DNA from: Octopus sinensis
Taxonomy: Eukaryota
DNA: 64,000 bases
Direction of reading: 5' to 3'
Assembly: GCF_006345805.1 (NCBI RefSeq)
Contig: NC_043002.1
Location: 100,812,001 to 100,876,000, forward strand
Positions 1-12,918 of the stretch are shown here, one piece after another; position 1 is the first letter of the stretch, and every line of letters begins with the position of its first letter. The notes below the pieces were generated by a model. The model did not search any database and had not been told where the DNA came from. It saw only the letters and a program-made list of their open reading frames with translations. The translations under genes and the position numbers were made by a program.

Positions 1-410
1 TGTTGTTGGCGCTCCTTCCGTCGTCGTCTTTTCTCCTCCAGCTCTGCAGACCTTTTCGACTCGAAATTTGCCGTTCCCTCATGGATGGTGGTTTTCCAGA
101 GTGGTCTGATTTTTGCCGTTTCCTCCCAGTTGGTGAAGTCAATGTCACACTTTTTGAGGTTCGATTTCAGGGAGTCCTTGTAGCGTTTCTCCTGGCCTCC
201 TTTTGTACGCTTGCCGTACAAGATCTGTTTGGGAAGTCGTTCGTCAGTCATTCTAACCACGTGGCCGCTCCATCTTAGTTGGCCTTTCATGACATAGGCT
301 TCGATGCTGGTCATTTTTGCTTCTTGTAGCACGCTGACGTTAGTTCTTCTGTCTTCCCAGCTGATGTTGAGGATCTTCCGAAGACAGCGTTGGTGAAATT
401 TCTCGAGCGT
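1..410 (-). mobile_element. RTE(BovB)-clade LINE, fragment C-terminal to the RT domain
   Basis: Minus strand reads LEKFHQRCLRKILNISWEDRRTNVSVL...QLRWSGHVVRMTDERLPKQILYG, typical of RTE ORF C-termini; contains frameshifts. Confidence 0.85.
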
Positions 411-418
411 CTATCTAT

Positions 419-507
<89 letters not shown>

Positions 508-530
508 AATATAGATATAGGTATAGATAT
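411..530. repeat. (TAGA)n microsatellite
   Basis: Direct reading. Confidence 0.97.
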
Positions 531-599
531 AGATATACATGTATTTATACACCCACATACATATATACAAATGGAAGATCCAAGGATCTTTAATTAATT

Positions 600-1090
600 A
601 ATTAATTAATTATATTGACAATATAATTCTCTCCCTGATAATAAACTACAGATTCTTCTGTAGGAATTTGTTGGTCTATCACTCACGTGGGTGAACAGGG
701 GAAGATGCGTAGCCTCATTCGTATGTTTTGAATTCGTTAGTACTGGATGTCGAAGATGGTTTGTCTGAGGTTACTCAAATCAGATTAGTATGTTCGATTT
801 TTAGTGCTCTCAAATTTAAATTTAAAGAAATATCTGTACAGATGATGGGAATGTTAGAATAGTGATGTATTTCTAGCATCTCTATATCTGACTAACCCAG
901 AAACGCGTTCACAAGTAATCTAATTTCGAGTGAACTTTCGTTATTTTTCCCTCTATGCCTACGTGAATTGTTTTTGAGTATACGTTGTCTGGGAGACTCT
1001 TCTTATAGTAGAAGAAATAGCTAAATTTTTTGGCTGCTATTTCTAAAATTTCGGTATGTGGTAAAGCAAATATTTTTTGCAGAACCATAA
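600..1090 (-). mobile_element. Possible degraded Penelope-like RT fragment
   Basis: Minus-strand pieces resemble SLYTNIP (TSLF-NIP) and post-RT RICS motifs; heavily decayed. Confidence 0.35.
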
Positions 1091-1113
1091 TTATATAAAG
1101 TGTGTGTATATTA

Positions 1114-1489
1114 TTTTACATGTTTCAGTCATTTGACTGCGGCCATGCTGGAGCGCCGCCTTTTTAGTCGAGCAAATCGACCGCAGGACTTATTCGTTGT
1201 AAGCCTAGTTCTTATTCGATCTCTTTTTGCCGATCCTCTAAGTTACGGGGATGTAAACACACCAGCATCGGTTGTCATGCGATGTTGGAGGGACAAGCAC
1301 AGACGAACAAATATATACACACAAATACATATATATATGTGTGTGTGTGTGTGTGTGTTCTTTCAGTTTCCGTCTACCAAATCCACTCACAAGGATTTGA
1401 TCAGCCGGAGGCTATAGTAGAAGACACTTGCCCAAGGTGCCACGCAGTGGGACTGAACCCGGAACCATGTGGTGGTAAGCAAGCTACTT
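1114..1489 (-). mobile_element. tRNA-derived SINE (family A here; octopus-type)
   Basis: Reverse complement shows a tRNA-like B box GGTTCCGGGTTCAGTCCCACTG, an internal (CA/TA)n tract and the 3' body ...gcatggccgcagtcaaatgactgaaac. The head is truncated. Confidence 0.85.
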
Positions 1490-1689
1490 CATTTCAAAAA
1501 TTTTGCCATAAAGCCATGACACAGAGTAGGTTGCGGGCTGGACAAAAACATTGATGAGGTGAATGATGAAAAAAGGATGATATTAATGGGAGAAGATAAA
1601 AACGTCCACCGATATTTTGCTTCTCTAAAATATTATTCCCTTCTTTTCTTTATTTTTTCACAGAAGAAACACAAAACGAGGTATTGAAC

Positions 1690-3585
1690 CTCTTACTTCA
1701 GTTTTACAGTTATTGGACTAATAATCCATTTAAAAATTGGGGCGTTAAGCCTCTTAAACACAATACAGTAAACATTAAACGTTATACAATAAATATTATA
1801 ACACTGAAGCTTTTCAACCTTCCCAACATCCCTTGTGCCCATATTCTCCGCCATCATCCACTCCTCATTCAAGACCAAGGCGGGATCCGAGTCGGTGTCA
1901 CCCGGCCACAAGCGATATTCCTCATTGAGTCCCTGCAGCCTAAGCATTATGGGCAACGTTATGACCTCTTCACCTATCTGAAGGAGACCATTCGGGATCC
2001 TGTGTGAAGTTTAAAGGTACTCCCATATGGTGCTTTTCCACCACCTCTTCTATATCTCCGCTTCTACAGAAGAAGACCAATAGTTTGTCTTCCTCCGGGT
2101 TCGAGGTAGCCAATTCTACCGTTGGCGGCACAATTCCCCCTAATTGTGTCTCTTCCCCTGCTTGTGACAGAACACCTACCGGAAAGGTTCCGGGACATTC
2201 TGGTGCTATGTCACCGACTACCAGCAATGCCCCGTTTCTTTTCCTCTTTTTTGTCTTCTCAACTAAGGGAGAATGCATCTCCTCCGTGACCGGAAGATTC
2301 GACTCCCCTCCCTCATCCCTAGGATCCTTCGGTGAGCCCCCTTTGTTGCTCATCTTCTTCCTCTTGCAGCCCTTCTATGAGGAGTCTCAGCCTCTTCGGC
2401 TGCCTTCGTTCCTTCTTCTACAAAGGTCTCAATCAACTGCTCCAGGACTTTGCTTTGTTCCCGAGGGGAGTTTTTCTTTATATGGCCAGGCTCCAGGCAC
2501 CGATGACGCCTGGGTGGTGGGAAAACCTCAAGAATCACCGGGTACCTGCACCCTGATCATTTTCGAAATGTCTGGCATAACCAGATTCATGGCTGATTGG
2601 GTCCACAGGGTCAAAACAGCTTTTGACCCAACCCAATAAGCCGCAGGAAGAATTTTCACATTGAGGAACCTGGCTCCGCTGCCACCCAGACCCCGACGGA
2701 TAGTATCCTATATCTACTCGGGTTCATTTCCGGGTGGCAAACCACTGACCCAAGCCCTCGTCAATTCTTTCCCACAATAAGTGGGAAGAGACAAAATTTC
2801 TCTACCCTCTAAGGTCTGGCTCGCAAAATGCGAGCCTCCTCTGGATTGTCAAATAGCAACCACAAAGTTGCATATTTGACACCTCTAGAGATATACTTAA
2901 TGGTTGGCAGATGTTCCGCCAACTCCTGCTCAATCAGCTGCTTAGAGTAGACGGCAATGGTGTCGAGAGTCTTTGTATATGTTCTCAACAGCACCGTTCT
3001 CCCCTCTTGCTGTCTGAGCCACTCCTTAGGCGGGACAGTTCCCCATTCTACAATCTCACCCGTATTTTTTGCCATGTTTTAAATTAAAAAGTAAAATGTG
3101 CAAAACAATAGTTCACAAATTTCACAAAGAAAAGGGATAAAGCAAAAGGAAACAAAAGGGAAGACGAGAAAAAGCAAACAGTTCAATAAAGAGAGTCACA
3201 AGGGAAGAAGAAAACAACAGTTCAACAAAACACAGCAAAAAAGTATTCTGGGCATTCAGAACCTGGACTGCCCCACTTGAAATACAGCTTTCCAATTGTT
3301 GGTAAACGTTGTTGTAAAAGCACATATTATTAACAAAAACGTAACCACTTTTGGTGGCAGGATATGCCCCCAAACTCTACTTCTCACAATGAGAAAAACA
3401 TTTTTTCACTTAATATGAACAATATTGTTTATAAAAAGTATAACCACAGACAACAACACACACTGGACCCAAGAGACAAAAAGTCTTACCTTGCAGCAGC
3501 AACTTTTCGCTGGGTAAACACAGCCAGCTATCTTCTTCGGTGCGCAACACAATGACGCATGCGTACACTGACAACATAGACTCAT
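1690..3585 (-). mobile_element. L1/Tx1-like LINE remnant: 5'UTR plus gag-like ORF1, no ORF2
   Basis: Broken minus-strand ORF1 from MAKNTGEIVEWG (3075) through SLPTYCGKELTRAWVSGLPPG (RRM-like) to a decayed CCHC knuckle RHRCLEPGHIKKNSP (about 2470-2515) and a charged tail ending at 1970. Clade assignment is from memory of the motifs. Confidence 0.6.
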
Positions 3586-3625
3586 GGGAAGTAAGCAAGC
3601 TACTTACCACACAGCCACTCCTGAG

Positions 3626-3626
<1 letters not shown>

Positions 3627-3707
<81 letters not shown>

Positions 3708-3830
3708 CACATATATATATATATGCATATATACATATATATATATATACATATAGGTATATGTGTGTGTGTGTGTGTGTGTTTGTGTGTCTGTATGTAT
3801 GCATGTATATACACATGCAAACATACGCAA
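3627..3830. repeat. Compound (TA)n/(CA)n/(TG)n microsatellite
   Basis: Direct reading; source of the spurious YIYI ORFs. Confidence 0.97.
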
Positions 3831-4043
3831 AAGTATACGTTTATCCATACTAGCCCATTATGTGTTGTGTTATTCTCGGAGAATTTATGGTGGTAATAAT
3901 GTCTTTTGACGTTTCTTTTACAGTGCGTGGTGAGGCGCAAACCAAGCTCTTTTATATAATAGTGTATATATAATTATAAAATATTTTGAAAATTTAACTA
4001 TGAGGTTTTTATTTCCGCTCTAACCACGTTGTAAAAATCCTTA

Positions 4044-4280
4044 ATGATTTATATATATATATATATTCTTCTTCTTCTTCGTCTTCTTATTCTTCTTTTC
4101 CTCCTTCTTCCTCTTTTTCTCCATCTTCTTGTCTTGTTGTTGTTGTTGTTGTTCTTATTCTTATTCTTATTCTTCTTCATCGTCTTCTTTTCCTCTTCTT
4201 GCTTTTCTTCATCTTTCACTTCTTCTTCTTCGTCTTCATCTTCCTCTACTTCCACTTCTCCTTCACCCCATTCTTCTTCG
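4044..4280. repeat. (TA)n then (CTT)/(TTG)/(TTCTTA) low-complexity tract
   Basis: Direct reading. Confidence 0.9.
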
Positions 4281-4429
4281 TATGGTTATTAATACATGGC
4301 GAAAATTCTCAACATATTTTGCTGGATCTTATGGAAAATGTCCGCTGATCATAGCTAGAGATATCACGGTTTTATTGATCAGAGAACTCATGCAGTTCGA
4401 AGCAATGCTGATTTTTGTAGGTGGTGCAT

Positions 4430-5950
4430 CTATAATGAGTATTGGGAACTGAGGTATTACTTCGTGAATTCGAAAGACAAAATGATTTGTTTGCTTTTTG
4501 ATGCTGCGATTACGACAATAAAGTTTAACGCAGTATAAGACTATTTCAATTTAGAGGGACGGGCACGAATGTTTCCTCTGCAATAATTTAAAAAATGAAA
4601 GATAAAAGCAAAGATAGCTATTTCAGACTGTAGAGAAATCTGCAAATAATTTAATGGAAGCAACTCATAAAGTTGCTTGTATCATAAGAATAAAAAGGTA
4701 AGGTTTTCAGGGAGGTGGAAATTGTGAAAGAATGTATCGTTGAAGTCATAGGATGCTTAGACCCCAATAAGGGTTCGAAGTACAAACAATTATCTCTTTC
4801 AAGGAGAGCCATAACAGATCGGCTGCAGGAATTGGCCCTAAATGTAACAGAACAACTTCGTTATATACTTCAGATAGAAAATGTATATTATTCAGTCGCT
4901 TTAGATCAATTGATACTACAGATTCGGCTTATGTTTTATATTTTATTCATGCCGTAACAGAAGATTTCATTTAGTACGAAGAATTACTGGCTGTGGAACA
5001 CGGGGAATAAATATCTTCATAAACTTTAAAAATATATGCCGAGAAGTTGTGTTGAGTTTGGATATTTTAGCTAGCGTATGTACTGACAGTCCTCCATCGA
5101 TCACTGGAAAACGCGAAGGATTTATTGTCCAGTTAAAAAGAAGTCCCTTCAGATCCAGATGTTCTCATGTTTTTTTCATCGTATATTGCAAAAGCAAAAG
5201 CCTTTGTGCGAAATCGACCACTTTATGACTGTAGAAAGTCATAAACATTGTTAACTATATTTCTTGCCAATGCGACAATGCATCGTGAGTTCCGTAACAT
5301 GCTGCGGTTGGACGAGTTATTCAGTGTGGATTTGATTTATCATTGTAAAGTATACTGGCTATCATAAAGACATGTGTTGGAAAATGTTTTAACTTTACGC
5401 GGGCAGATAATGACATTTCATGAAGAACAGAATGAACAATGTGAATTATTATATGAAGATTTCTATGGAAATACTGCATTTCTTTGTGATATCCTATCAA
5501 AACAAAATGACTTGAATATTTATTTGCACAGAAAGGCAACATCAGTTCATGGCATGTGGCAAGAACTTGAAGTATTTCGGAAAAAAGCTTTTTTTTAAAG
5601 ATCTCTTTCAAAATGAAATTTGAAACGTACACTTTCCCCAGGTAGCTAAGGTCATTTATAACCATGAAAATCCATATGAATCCGTTAATGAATATGCAGA
5701 TGTTCTGGAATTTTTAATTGAAGAATACTGTGAAAGGATCACTCATTTCAGGACCATGATATTTCACTGAAATATTTCAACGATGTCTGCAAGGCTTCTA
5801 AGGAGTTGCAGCTGGAATTAATTGAGCTCTCAGAAGATGACATTTAAAAGTCGTTATTTAACGCTAAAAAGTATTCAGCTGTAGTAAGGAAATGCAGTAG
5901 AATACTCCCATGTATAAGCTGAGCTCCATCTACGAACCTCGATGTTACAT
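4430..5950 (+). mobile_element. hAT (Buster/SPIN, GTF2IRD2-like) transposase pseudogene
   Basis: Pieces WELRYYFVNSKDKMICLL, KQLSLSRRAITDRLQELALNVTEQL...YSVALD and VCTDSPPSITGKREG, with many stops and frameshifts. TIRs not identified. Confidence 0.85.
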
Positions 5951-6249
5951 TTTAAAAATATTTAAACACTATTTTCAAATTTATCACTACACTTTAGTAC
6001 TGTGATTTATTACAAAATATGGATTTAAAAAATAATAATGTAACTGTTGTTGCGGCTTTGTTAATTACGATTAAACTCTTGGTGATCTCGGTAGATTACT
6101 AAAGAATAAGCATTCTAAGTTATGCTTAATCGAAGCTTAGATACATTACATCACTATAATTAATTACTTACTCATGATATTAAACATTTTGATATGAATT
6201 AACTTTATTACAAAATAATTAATAAAAGAATATAATTAATAATTTAAAT

Positions 6250-7180
6250 AGTTGAATGTCTTTCTAAATAGTTCATAAAGAGTAAATAAAAATATATAGT
6301 ACCAGGCAGAAAACAAAATTCAGGCCACAATGGTACACCAGCCCTATTCGATCCCGACTCCTTTGCAGCTCTCAGTTTGATGGTAAAATCCAGTTCTTTG
6401 CTTGTAACTAAGCAAAAAAAAAATCCGTAATTTTCGAAACCTCTTAGTTGGTTTGAAAACAACAATAATTCTTCTTCAATTTTTCTCCACTGTAGAAAAT
6501 CACCAATTTACTTTAAAAAATTACGGCTTGCTTCTCCGGCTGTTCAAACAAGTTCACCGGCAACAAGCCACACACGCTTTGCTTGCAAAACAAGCAACAA
6601 ATTCACTGCTAAAAGTAAGCGAAATTGCCCCAGAGCAGGGCAGAATATACTGCAATAAAAATAAGGCAATAATTCTACCCAGCTCAGAAAAAGAAATCGC
6701 TCACCCTGACGTCGACCAACTACACGTCTTCAATAAAGGCGGAAGAAAAATTGTTCAATCTTCGGAGGTAAAGACGCTCCCCCAAACAACAGTTCTCACA
6801 ATTATTTTGAAATTCTTCAAAAATGAACAAATTTTTAGTAGGCACGATTCTCCTCCAAGCAACAATTCTCATAATTAAGTGAGAAAAATAGTCACTCAAC
6901 ATAAGCCGTTAACTAGGAAGACGAATACGCCCACAAACAAAATTCTCACAATTAAGCGAGGAAAAAAATATTCGCTCCAGTCAGGCACAACCAGAATTCT
7001 GAAGCCAGTAGGACTTCCTGGTTTGCCTGTACAAAAAAATTCTCAACAAAAATTCCCATTGGACCCAAAGGGCAGAACCGTACCTTACAATAGAGCTTCA
7101 AATTTTTCATTTCGAGACGGCTTCAAAAGTATGTCTCACCGCTTCAGTGCCAAACACAACACATAGCCACTCCTGCGCCT
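6250..7180 (-). mobile_element. 5'UTR-like segment related to the 1690-3585 element, with short periodic repeats
   Basis: Shares ordered motifs with 3380-3560 (tgtgttg..gcac.gaag, aaggta..., ttgggtcca, ttgtgagaa...ttgggg); ttctca(c/t)aatta recurs at about 6793, 6865 and 6943. Confidence 0.45.
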
Positions 7181-7200
7181 ATACATACATACATACATAT

Positions 7201-7275
<75 letters not shown>

Positions 7276-7329
7276 ATGTGTGTGTGTGTGTGTGAAGAAA
7301 GGAATGTGTACATTCCATGAATACTGTAA

Positions 7330-8115
7330 ATGAGAGCAACAACATATTCAGAGTTCGAGAACAACTGCGAGAGTACCCTGAAGATACAACACATCCTAAC
7401 CAACGAAAACTGGATTAACCTAAGCACAAGCTTGGCGGGGGGGGGGGGGGGGGGGCAGGAAGCATACCACCAAAATGAGATGCATGGGTATATATCCTGT
7501 AAGGTAGAGGATAAGAAGAGTATTGGCAGGAAAGACAGCCTCATTTTCACCTGTCATAGATACATTACATCTCACCTAGGAAGATATATTTTTGTGCTAA
7601 CGAAGAACAGGAGAGAGCTATTAAATACCTCATTACAGAAAGAAACACAAAATTAATACCAAAATCTCATGCTGAGACAGAAAATATCGGCTCACCTATA
7701 CCAGTGCAGCTGTCCCACAATGTCTACGAGATACTACCCAACCCATTTCCTGCTCTATGTCTCAATAAACTCTCGTATTCCATGGTGCTTATAGATTTCC
7801 TATCTAATTTGATCCATTATTTCTCAGTTTTGTAAACCTATCCCTGCTAAGGACTTCACCTTGCTTCCTTCCAGGCTCAATATATCACACTTCGAGATTC
7901 CGAATTCCATCGTAATATCCGTGAACCATGTTTACCAAAGACCTCGCTTGTACTTCATCCTTTCCATACTACATAAAATCATCAATGAAAAGGAGATGGT
8001 TGACTCTCTATGTTTTCCTCTTTAACTGATATCCATGGTTCACTTTCCTCGTCACCAAATCACAGGATTCATGCAAGGTGCAAAAAAGAAAAGGAGATAA
8101 ACTATCTCCTTGCTG
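7330..8115 (-). mobile_element. R4/Dong-like RT fragment
   Basis: Minus strand begins QGDSLSPFLFC...RKVNHGYQL, followed by a decayed HLLFMDD-like motif. Confidence 0.65.
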
Positions 8116-8860
8116 AGACATCCTTGTGTCTGACATTACTTATTTGAAATGTGAGGTTTTAGAAACTGAATTGGCAAGACAATTAAAACTCTTGAAACGT
8201 GGATCGTCAAAAACCTGACGTAGCTCTATATGCGCATATGTATCTATCTGTCGATTGATCTCTCTTGGATATTATCTATTCTATCGCTTCGATCGAAGCA
8301 ACTTTTTTTTAGTTAGATTATTAAGTTCAGATGTAGTAGAAGACACCGCTGTTTGCACTTCTCTACGAGCCATAAAATATCTTTAGTTCTCAGCAAGTGT
8401 TTTATGAAATGTCATTAATATCAAATTCATGTTTGGGACTGAAATATATTGTCACCAGCTGTTTACTAGTGTTGGAGGTGTTAAATTCACTTATAAATAC
8501 TCATCGCTTTCGCATTCTTCATTCTTTTATATTTCTTCTCAGCATTGTCCTTTTCGTATACGTAAGTGAACTTCTAAAAGTATCTTATTTTTTTTAATGG
8601 AATTTCTATGAAATATCTAAATGTTTGTTTTGCAATATAACTCAGATGTGATTTTAAAAACTGAATTTGTTCGTCAATGTTTTCTTATAGAACATAAAAT
8701 CGGAAACGTGTCTAATATAAAGATATCTGTCAATGTGTTCATTTGATTCTTTTGGTAAAGAAAAAAGATATAAAGTCGAAATCTAGACTAATTGTACTTT
8801 CTGTTTCTGTGTGTGAATATATGTCTGTGTTCGTTTATATCTATACATGTAAGTATCCAT
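8110..8860 (-). mobile_element. 5' part of a Tc1/mariner-type element (same family as 44960-46040)
   Basis: Clear similarity to 45300-46000; ends at the transposase start MSDTRMSQ. Confidence 0.65.
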
Positions 8861-8885
8861 CCATCTACGTATAATCTATCTATCT

Positions 8886-10710
8886 ATGCTTTCTTTGTAT
8901 CAATCCCAGAACTTTCTTGCCTATATCATAAACGGACTTTTTAAGGGTCAGCCAATCCTCCCCAATATCTGCAGCATTCATTTCCTCTCGTAAAGTTCTC
9001 TTCACACTATTACACCTGAGACGATCAACACTCAGTCTTTTAGGCAGGGTAATCCCTGCAGCTCGGATTTTATGTTTTGTGACTAATTTCACTTTTGTAC
9101 GTACTAGGCGGTAGTCAGTCCAACACTCAGCTCCACGAAGAACACGAACACACTGCACATCCTGCCTGTCACGCACCTGTAATCCGGAATATGCCATGTG
9201 GTCTTGAATTTATTCTTTTGCTGAAGCATGGTATTGGTAACACCTAGACGCAGCTCCTCACACTTCCGCAGCAAAAGCATGCCATTACTATTACACTTTC
9301 CCACCCCGTACTTTCCAATTACAGTCCATGTGTTAAAATCCCTACCCACTCTACCATTAAAGTCACCCAGTACGATGACTTTGTCTGCCCGAGGGATATT
9401 TCTTATAATGCCCTTCAAAGCATGGTAGAAAGAAATTTTTATCGTCATCAGTATAGCACATAGTTGGAGCATACACACTCACCAAGGTCACATAATTTCC
9501 TTTAACCAAAGGAATTCTCATGGACGCTCGTTAATTCCGACTGGGAATTCTTCCAACTTGTCCACAAGAGTAGTCTTAACAGCAAATGCCACTCCAGCCT
9601 CTCCTCTAAACTCTTCATTCCTCCCTTTCCAAAAGAATGTATATTTTTCACAAGATTCTGTAAGATGACCATCTCCGGCTAATCTCGTTTCAGATAAAGC
9701 AACGCCGTCAAGATCATAGCGTTGAAGCTCCTTCGCAACAAGGGCAGTCCTTCGTTCGGGACATTCAGAGGACTTGCGGTCAAGCAGTATCCGTACATTC
9801 CAGCAGCCAATATTCAATATTTCATTTGGTTCTATCACAGTAGCATGATGACGGCCGGGTTCAAACTGTGATGCTCTGGAGCCCCTGCCGGGCCAGACTC
9901 CTTCATCTGATATGGTTCCAGAGTCCTAACTGCCATTTATTTATATACTGTTTGGTACATCATTTGCTTTTTAAGGCTACAGCCAGCCATTCAGTTGAGA
10001 CTCACAGCACTATCAACAATCATGAATTTGTTAATCAATTTAATCAATCAATCAACGTCGTTATCGTGCAATGCCTGTGCAAGAAGATTTTTTTAAAGTG
10101 AAGAAAGGCTGTGCACTGAGTCAATCCCACTCACCAAGCAACAGCAGCCATAATCCGGAAAGAAGAACAAGTCAACGTCATCGGTAACCACTGAGTTGCA
10201 GGTTTTATGTCGGAGTTATCCCAGTTACCTGAGTTACCTTCTTCTAGAAGGATACCCTAACAAAGGCTAGGAGTCCTTCACTCCCAATGGTTTAACCGCG
10301 CGATCGGGTATTCAATCCGATTATTCTGTCCCCGCGCATGATACAGCCTTAATCTGGATAAAATTGATATAAGGAGAAGAAAAAGAACATTGAAATACAA
10401 AATATACATAAAATATATGATGTGAAGTATATATAGAATTTATATAATGAGCAAGCTATAAAAATATACAATATATAAAAATTAGTCAGAAAAAGGCAGA
10501 TATACAGTAAACATATGATTACGTATTTATTGGATGGCCATTGACTCTCAAGAGTTCCTCCGCCCTTTGACGGGCTTTGTTTTCCATCCCGCAGGGTGTC
10601 CAATAAGCACCCTCTTCACCAAGCAAGCTTGGTGGGGTTGCCGGTTTAGTCGCCGACGGCCCGACCATGCAACAGGTTGTTACCAATAGCACTCGAAAGT
10701 GACCTGACAT
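8886..10710 (-). mobile_element. RTE(BovB)-clade LINE 5' half: 5'UTR plus APE endonuclease, RT missing
   Basis: LNIGCWNVRILLDRK..ERRTALVAKELQRYDLDGVALSETRLAG, VIVLGDFNGRVG, GVTNT, ECWTDYRLV. The 5'UTR matches 29001-29515 and carries a roughly 190-bp AT-rich insertion at about 10340-10525. Confidence 0.9.
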
Positions 10711-10739
10711 AAATGGAAAGAGGCATCATCACTCATGTC

Positions 10740-10741
10740 GA

Positions 10742-10828
<87 letters not shown>

Positions 10829-10835
10829 ATATATA

Positions 10836-10884
<49 letters not shown>

Positions 10885-10896
10885 ATATACATACAT

Positions 10897-10960
<64 letters not shown>

Positions 10961-10993
10961 TCATACATACATACATACATATTTATATGTATG

Positions 10994-11025
<32 letters not shown>

Positions 11026-11035
11026 ATATATATCG
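10740..11035. repeat. (TCTA)n/(TA)n/(CA)n microsatellite block
   Basis: Direct reading. Confidence 0.97.
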
Positions 11036-11758
11036 ACATGAGTGATGATGCCTCTTCCAAGCGTACATTACCAGGATGGCGACTGGCTATGGGCGGATCC
11101 TAAGAACATTCAGAACCAGAGATATGAAAACCATGATGGTCCTCTGGCGGACATTCATCCTCAGTCGCCTGGATTACTGCTCACAGCTATGCCCATCCAC
11201 CAGTGTGAAATTAACAGCAGACCTTGGAGCAATCCAGAGAAGATTCACAAAGAATACCGTCTCTTTGCAACAGCTCAGCTACTGGGAAAGGTTGAAACAG
11301 TTAAGACTCTACTCCCTGAAGAGAAGACGGGAGAGGTATGCAGTAATATACATCTGGAAGATCCTGGAAGGAATTGTGCCAAATTTTGGCATTGAAAGCT
11401 ACACCAATGCCAGAACGGGACGACACTGCATAGTGCCAAAGGTCCCAGCAATGCCATCACGCTTCAGAACCAGTTACTGCAACAACCTGGGTTTCAAGAA
11501 CCCACAGCTTTTCAATATTCTTCAAAGAGTCTGAGGAACTTGCACAAAGTAGATGTAGGGCTTTTTAAATCAAAGCTGGACCTCTTCCTGTCAAGAGTCC
11601 CGGATGAACCTACCTCACGGCAAGAGGTGCAAATGAGGGTAGCTATATCAAACTTCATGCTTCACCAAATGTCACATATTAGAGGAGGCTCTTAGTAATA
11701 ACTGTGTAGCAAAACGGCGGTGCATCAGCATGGCCACAGCTCTGAGCTGAAACTAGAG
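11036..11758 (+). mobile_element. CR1/L2-group LINE, 5'-truncated 3' fragment
   Basis: LWRTFILSRLDYCSQLCP...YWERLKQLRLYSLKRRRERYAVIYIWKIL; 3' end ctctgagctgaaacta followed by A/(TA)n. Confidence 0.85.
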
Positions 11759-11999
11759 AAAAAAATATATATATATATATATATAAACAGATGCAGCACG
11801 TAATTTTGTTATTGATCGGCTCGCGGTCTCAAAGCGTCGAAGATATTTTAGCAAACTAAATTTAAATGTTGAAGTAAATCTAACGGTTTTTGTCTGTTTT
11901 TTTTTTGAAATGGCTTTTAAACACCCTCCATACTGCAATTGTTTTTGTTTCAGCACAGGATCTCAGATCAGGAGTTACTTACTATGCAAGTGCATCTCC

Positions 12000-12038
<39 letters not shown>

Positions 12039-12061
12039 TATATATTATATATATATATATA

Positions 12062-12178
12062 TCACCGTGATCACCGTAACCGACCAGGCTATCAGATGTT
12101 ACTACACATTGTTGGTCACAATGCACTTCGCATAGTTTTAGCCTTCAAATGACGCCACCCAGCTGGTTGAGCGAGCAG

Positions 12179-12181
<3 letters not shown>
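12062..12181 (-). mobile_element. SINE family C, 3' fragment
   Basis: Matches 14001-14110; flanked by (TA)n on both sides. Confidence 0.75.
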
Positions 12182-12214
<33 letters not shown>

Positions 12215-12460
12215 AGAGGAAAAATTATAATAAGGCGGAATGCTAACTTGAAAGTAAATTTTAATAAAAATGGGTGTGTGTATGGAAAATTTTAAAAAAA
12301 TATTAGATCAAACCAGTTTTTATCGCAAAGCAAATTTTCAAGATTTGAAAGGGGAAAATAATTTTTTTTTATTGGGGAAGGGGAAAAAAGAAATTTACAA
12401 TGTTTTTTTCAAAATAATAATAATAATATATATACAAAAATGAATAAATAAGTATACCGA

Positions 12461-12918
12461 TACGAGGGACGTTCAATAAGTAATGCCTCTGACCCACTTG
12501 CAGTTGTTTGATCTAGCTGAAATTTGCATGTGCAATTATTTATATCTCTATAGAGTAAGTGCCAAATTACAGCTCTGAATTAATTGTGGTTTCTGATTTA
12601 CAGATGTTTGAACCGAGTCAAGTGTGAAATGGAGCCTGTTGAATGTCTGATTTTCACCTCTTCCCAATCATGAAGTTGTTTTTGAAAGGAAAGCGTTTCC
12701 CAGATGATGAAGCCTTGATTTCTGAAGTCACGTTGATGTTGGAGGACCAAGCTGGGTTCTTCTACAAAAACGGTCTCCAGAGCCGCATCAAACGATGGGA
12801 GAAATGCGTAACTCTGGATGGTTCCTATGTAGAAAAAGACTAATAACTGTGCCAAGTTTCGTTGCTCTACTGCTATGGGAAGTGGGTCAGGGGCATTATT
12901 TATTGAACGCCCCTCGTA
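12461..12918 (+). mobile_element. Internally deleted mariner (MITE-like) with intact TIRs
   Basis: TIRs of about 38 bp: TAcgagggacgttcaataagtaatgcctctgacccact and agtgggtcaggggcattatttattgaacgcccctcgTA, with TA ends. Retains the transposase C-terminus SDFHLFPIMKLFLKGKRF...IKRWEKCVTLDGSYVEK. Confidence 0.93.

Noticed and set aside
1664-1680. 17-nt micro-exon candidate (strong pyrimidine tract-AG ... GAG|gtattg), and an acceptor-like site at about 3923
   Set aside because: Splice-like signals only; no recognisable coding content or link to the gene model. Needs RNA-seq.
3410-3940. Long ORFs rich in YI, LSIY, poly-I, poly-L, poly-F or poly-K (also near 10.7, 20, 24, 27.3, 29.6, 33.3, 44.3, 56.1 and 59.4 kb)
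   Set aside because: They are translations of microsatellites.
10638-10710. HDV-like ribozyme at the RTE 5' end (GGG-hairpin-CTAA-accgg)
   Set aside because: A partial P2/P3/P4 arrangement can be drawn here, but P1 is weak and the fold does not hold in the second copy (29001-29098). Not supported without a covariance search.
1-10710. RTE pieces at 1-410 and 8886-10710 as one element split by nested insertions
   Set aside because: Same strand and clade, but the RT core is missing and no TSD or matching junction links them.
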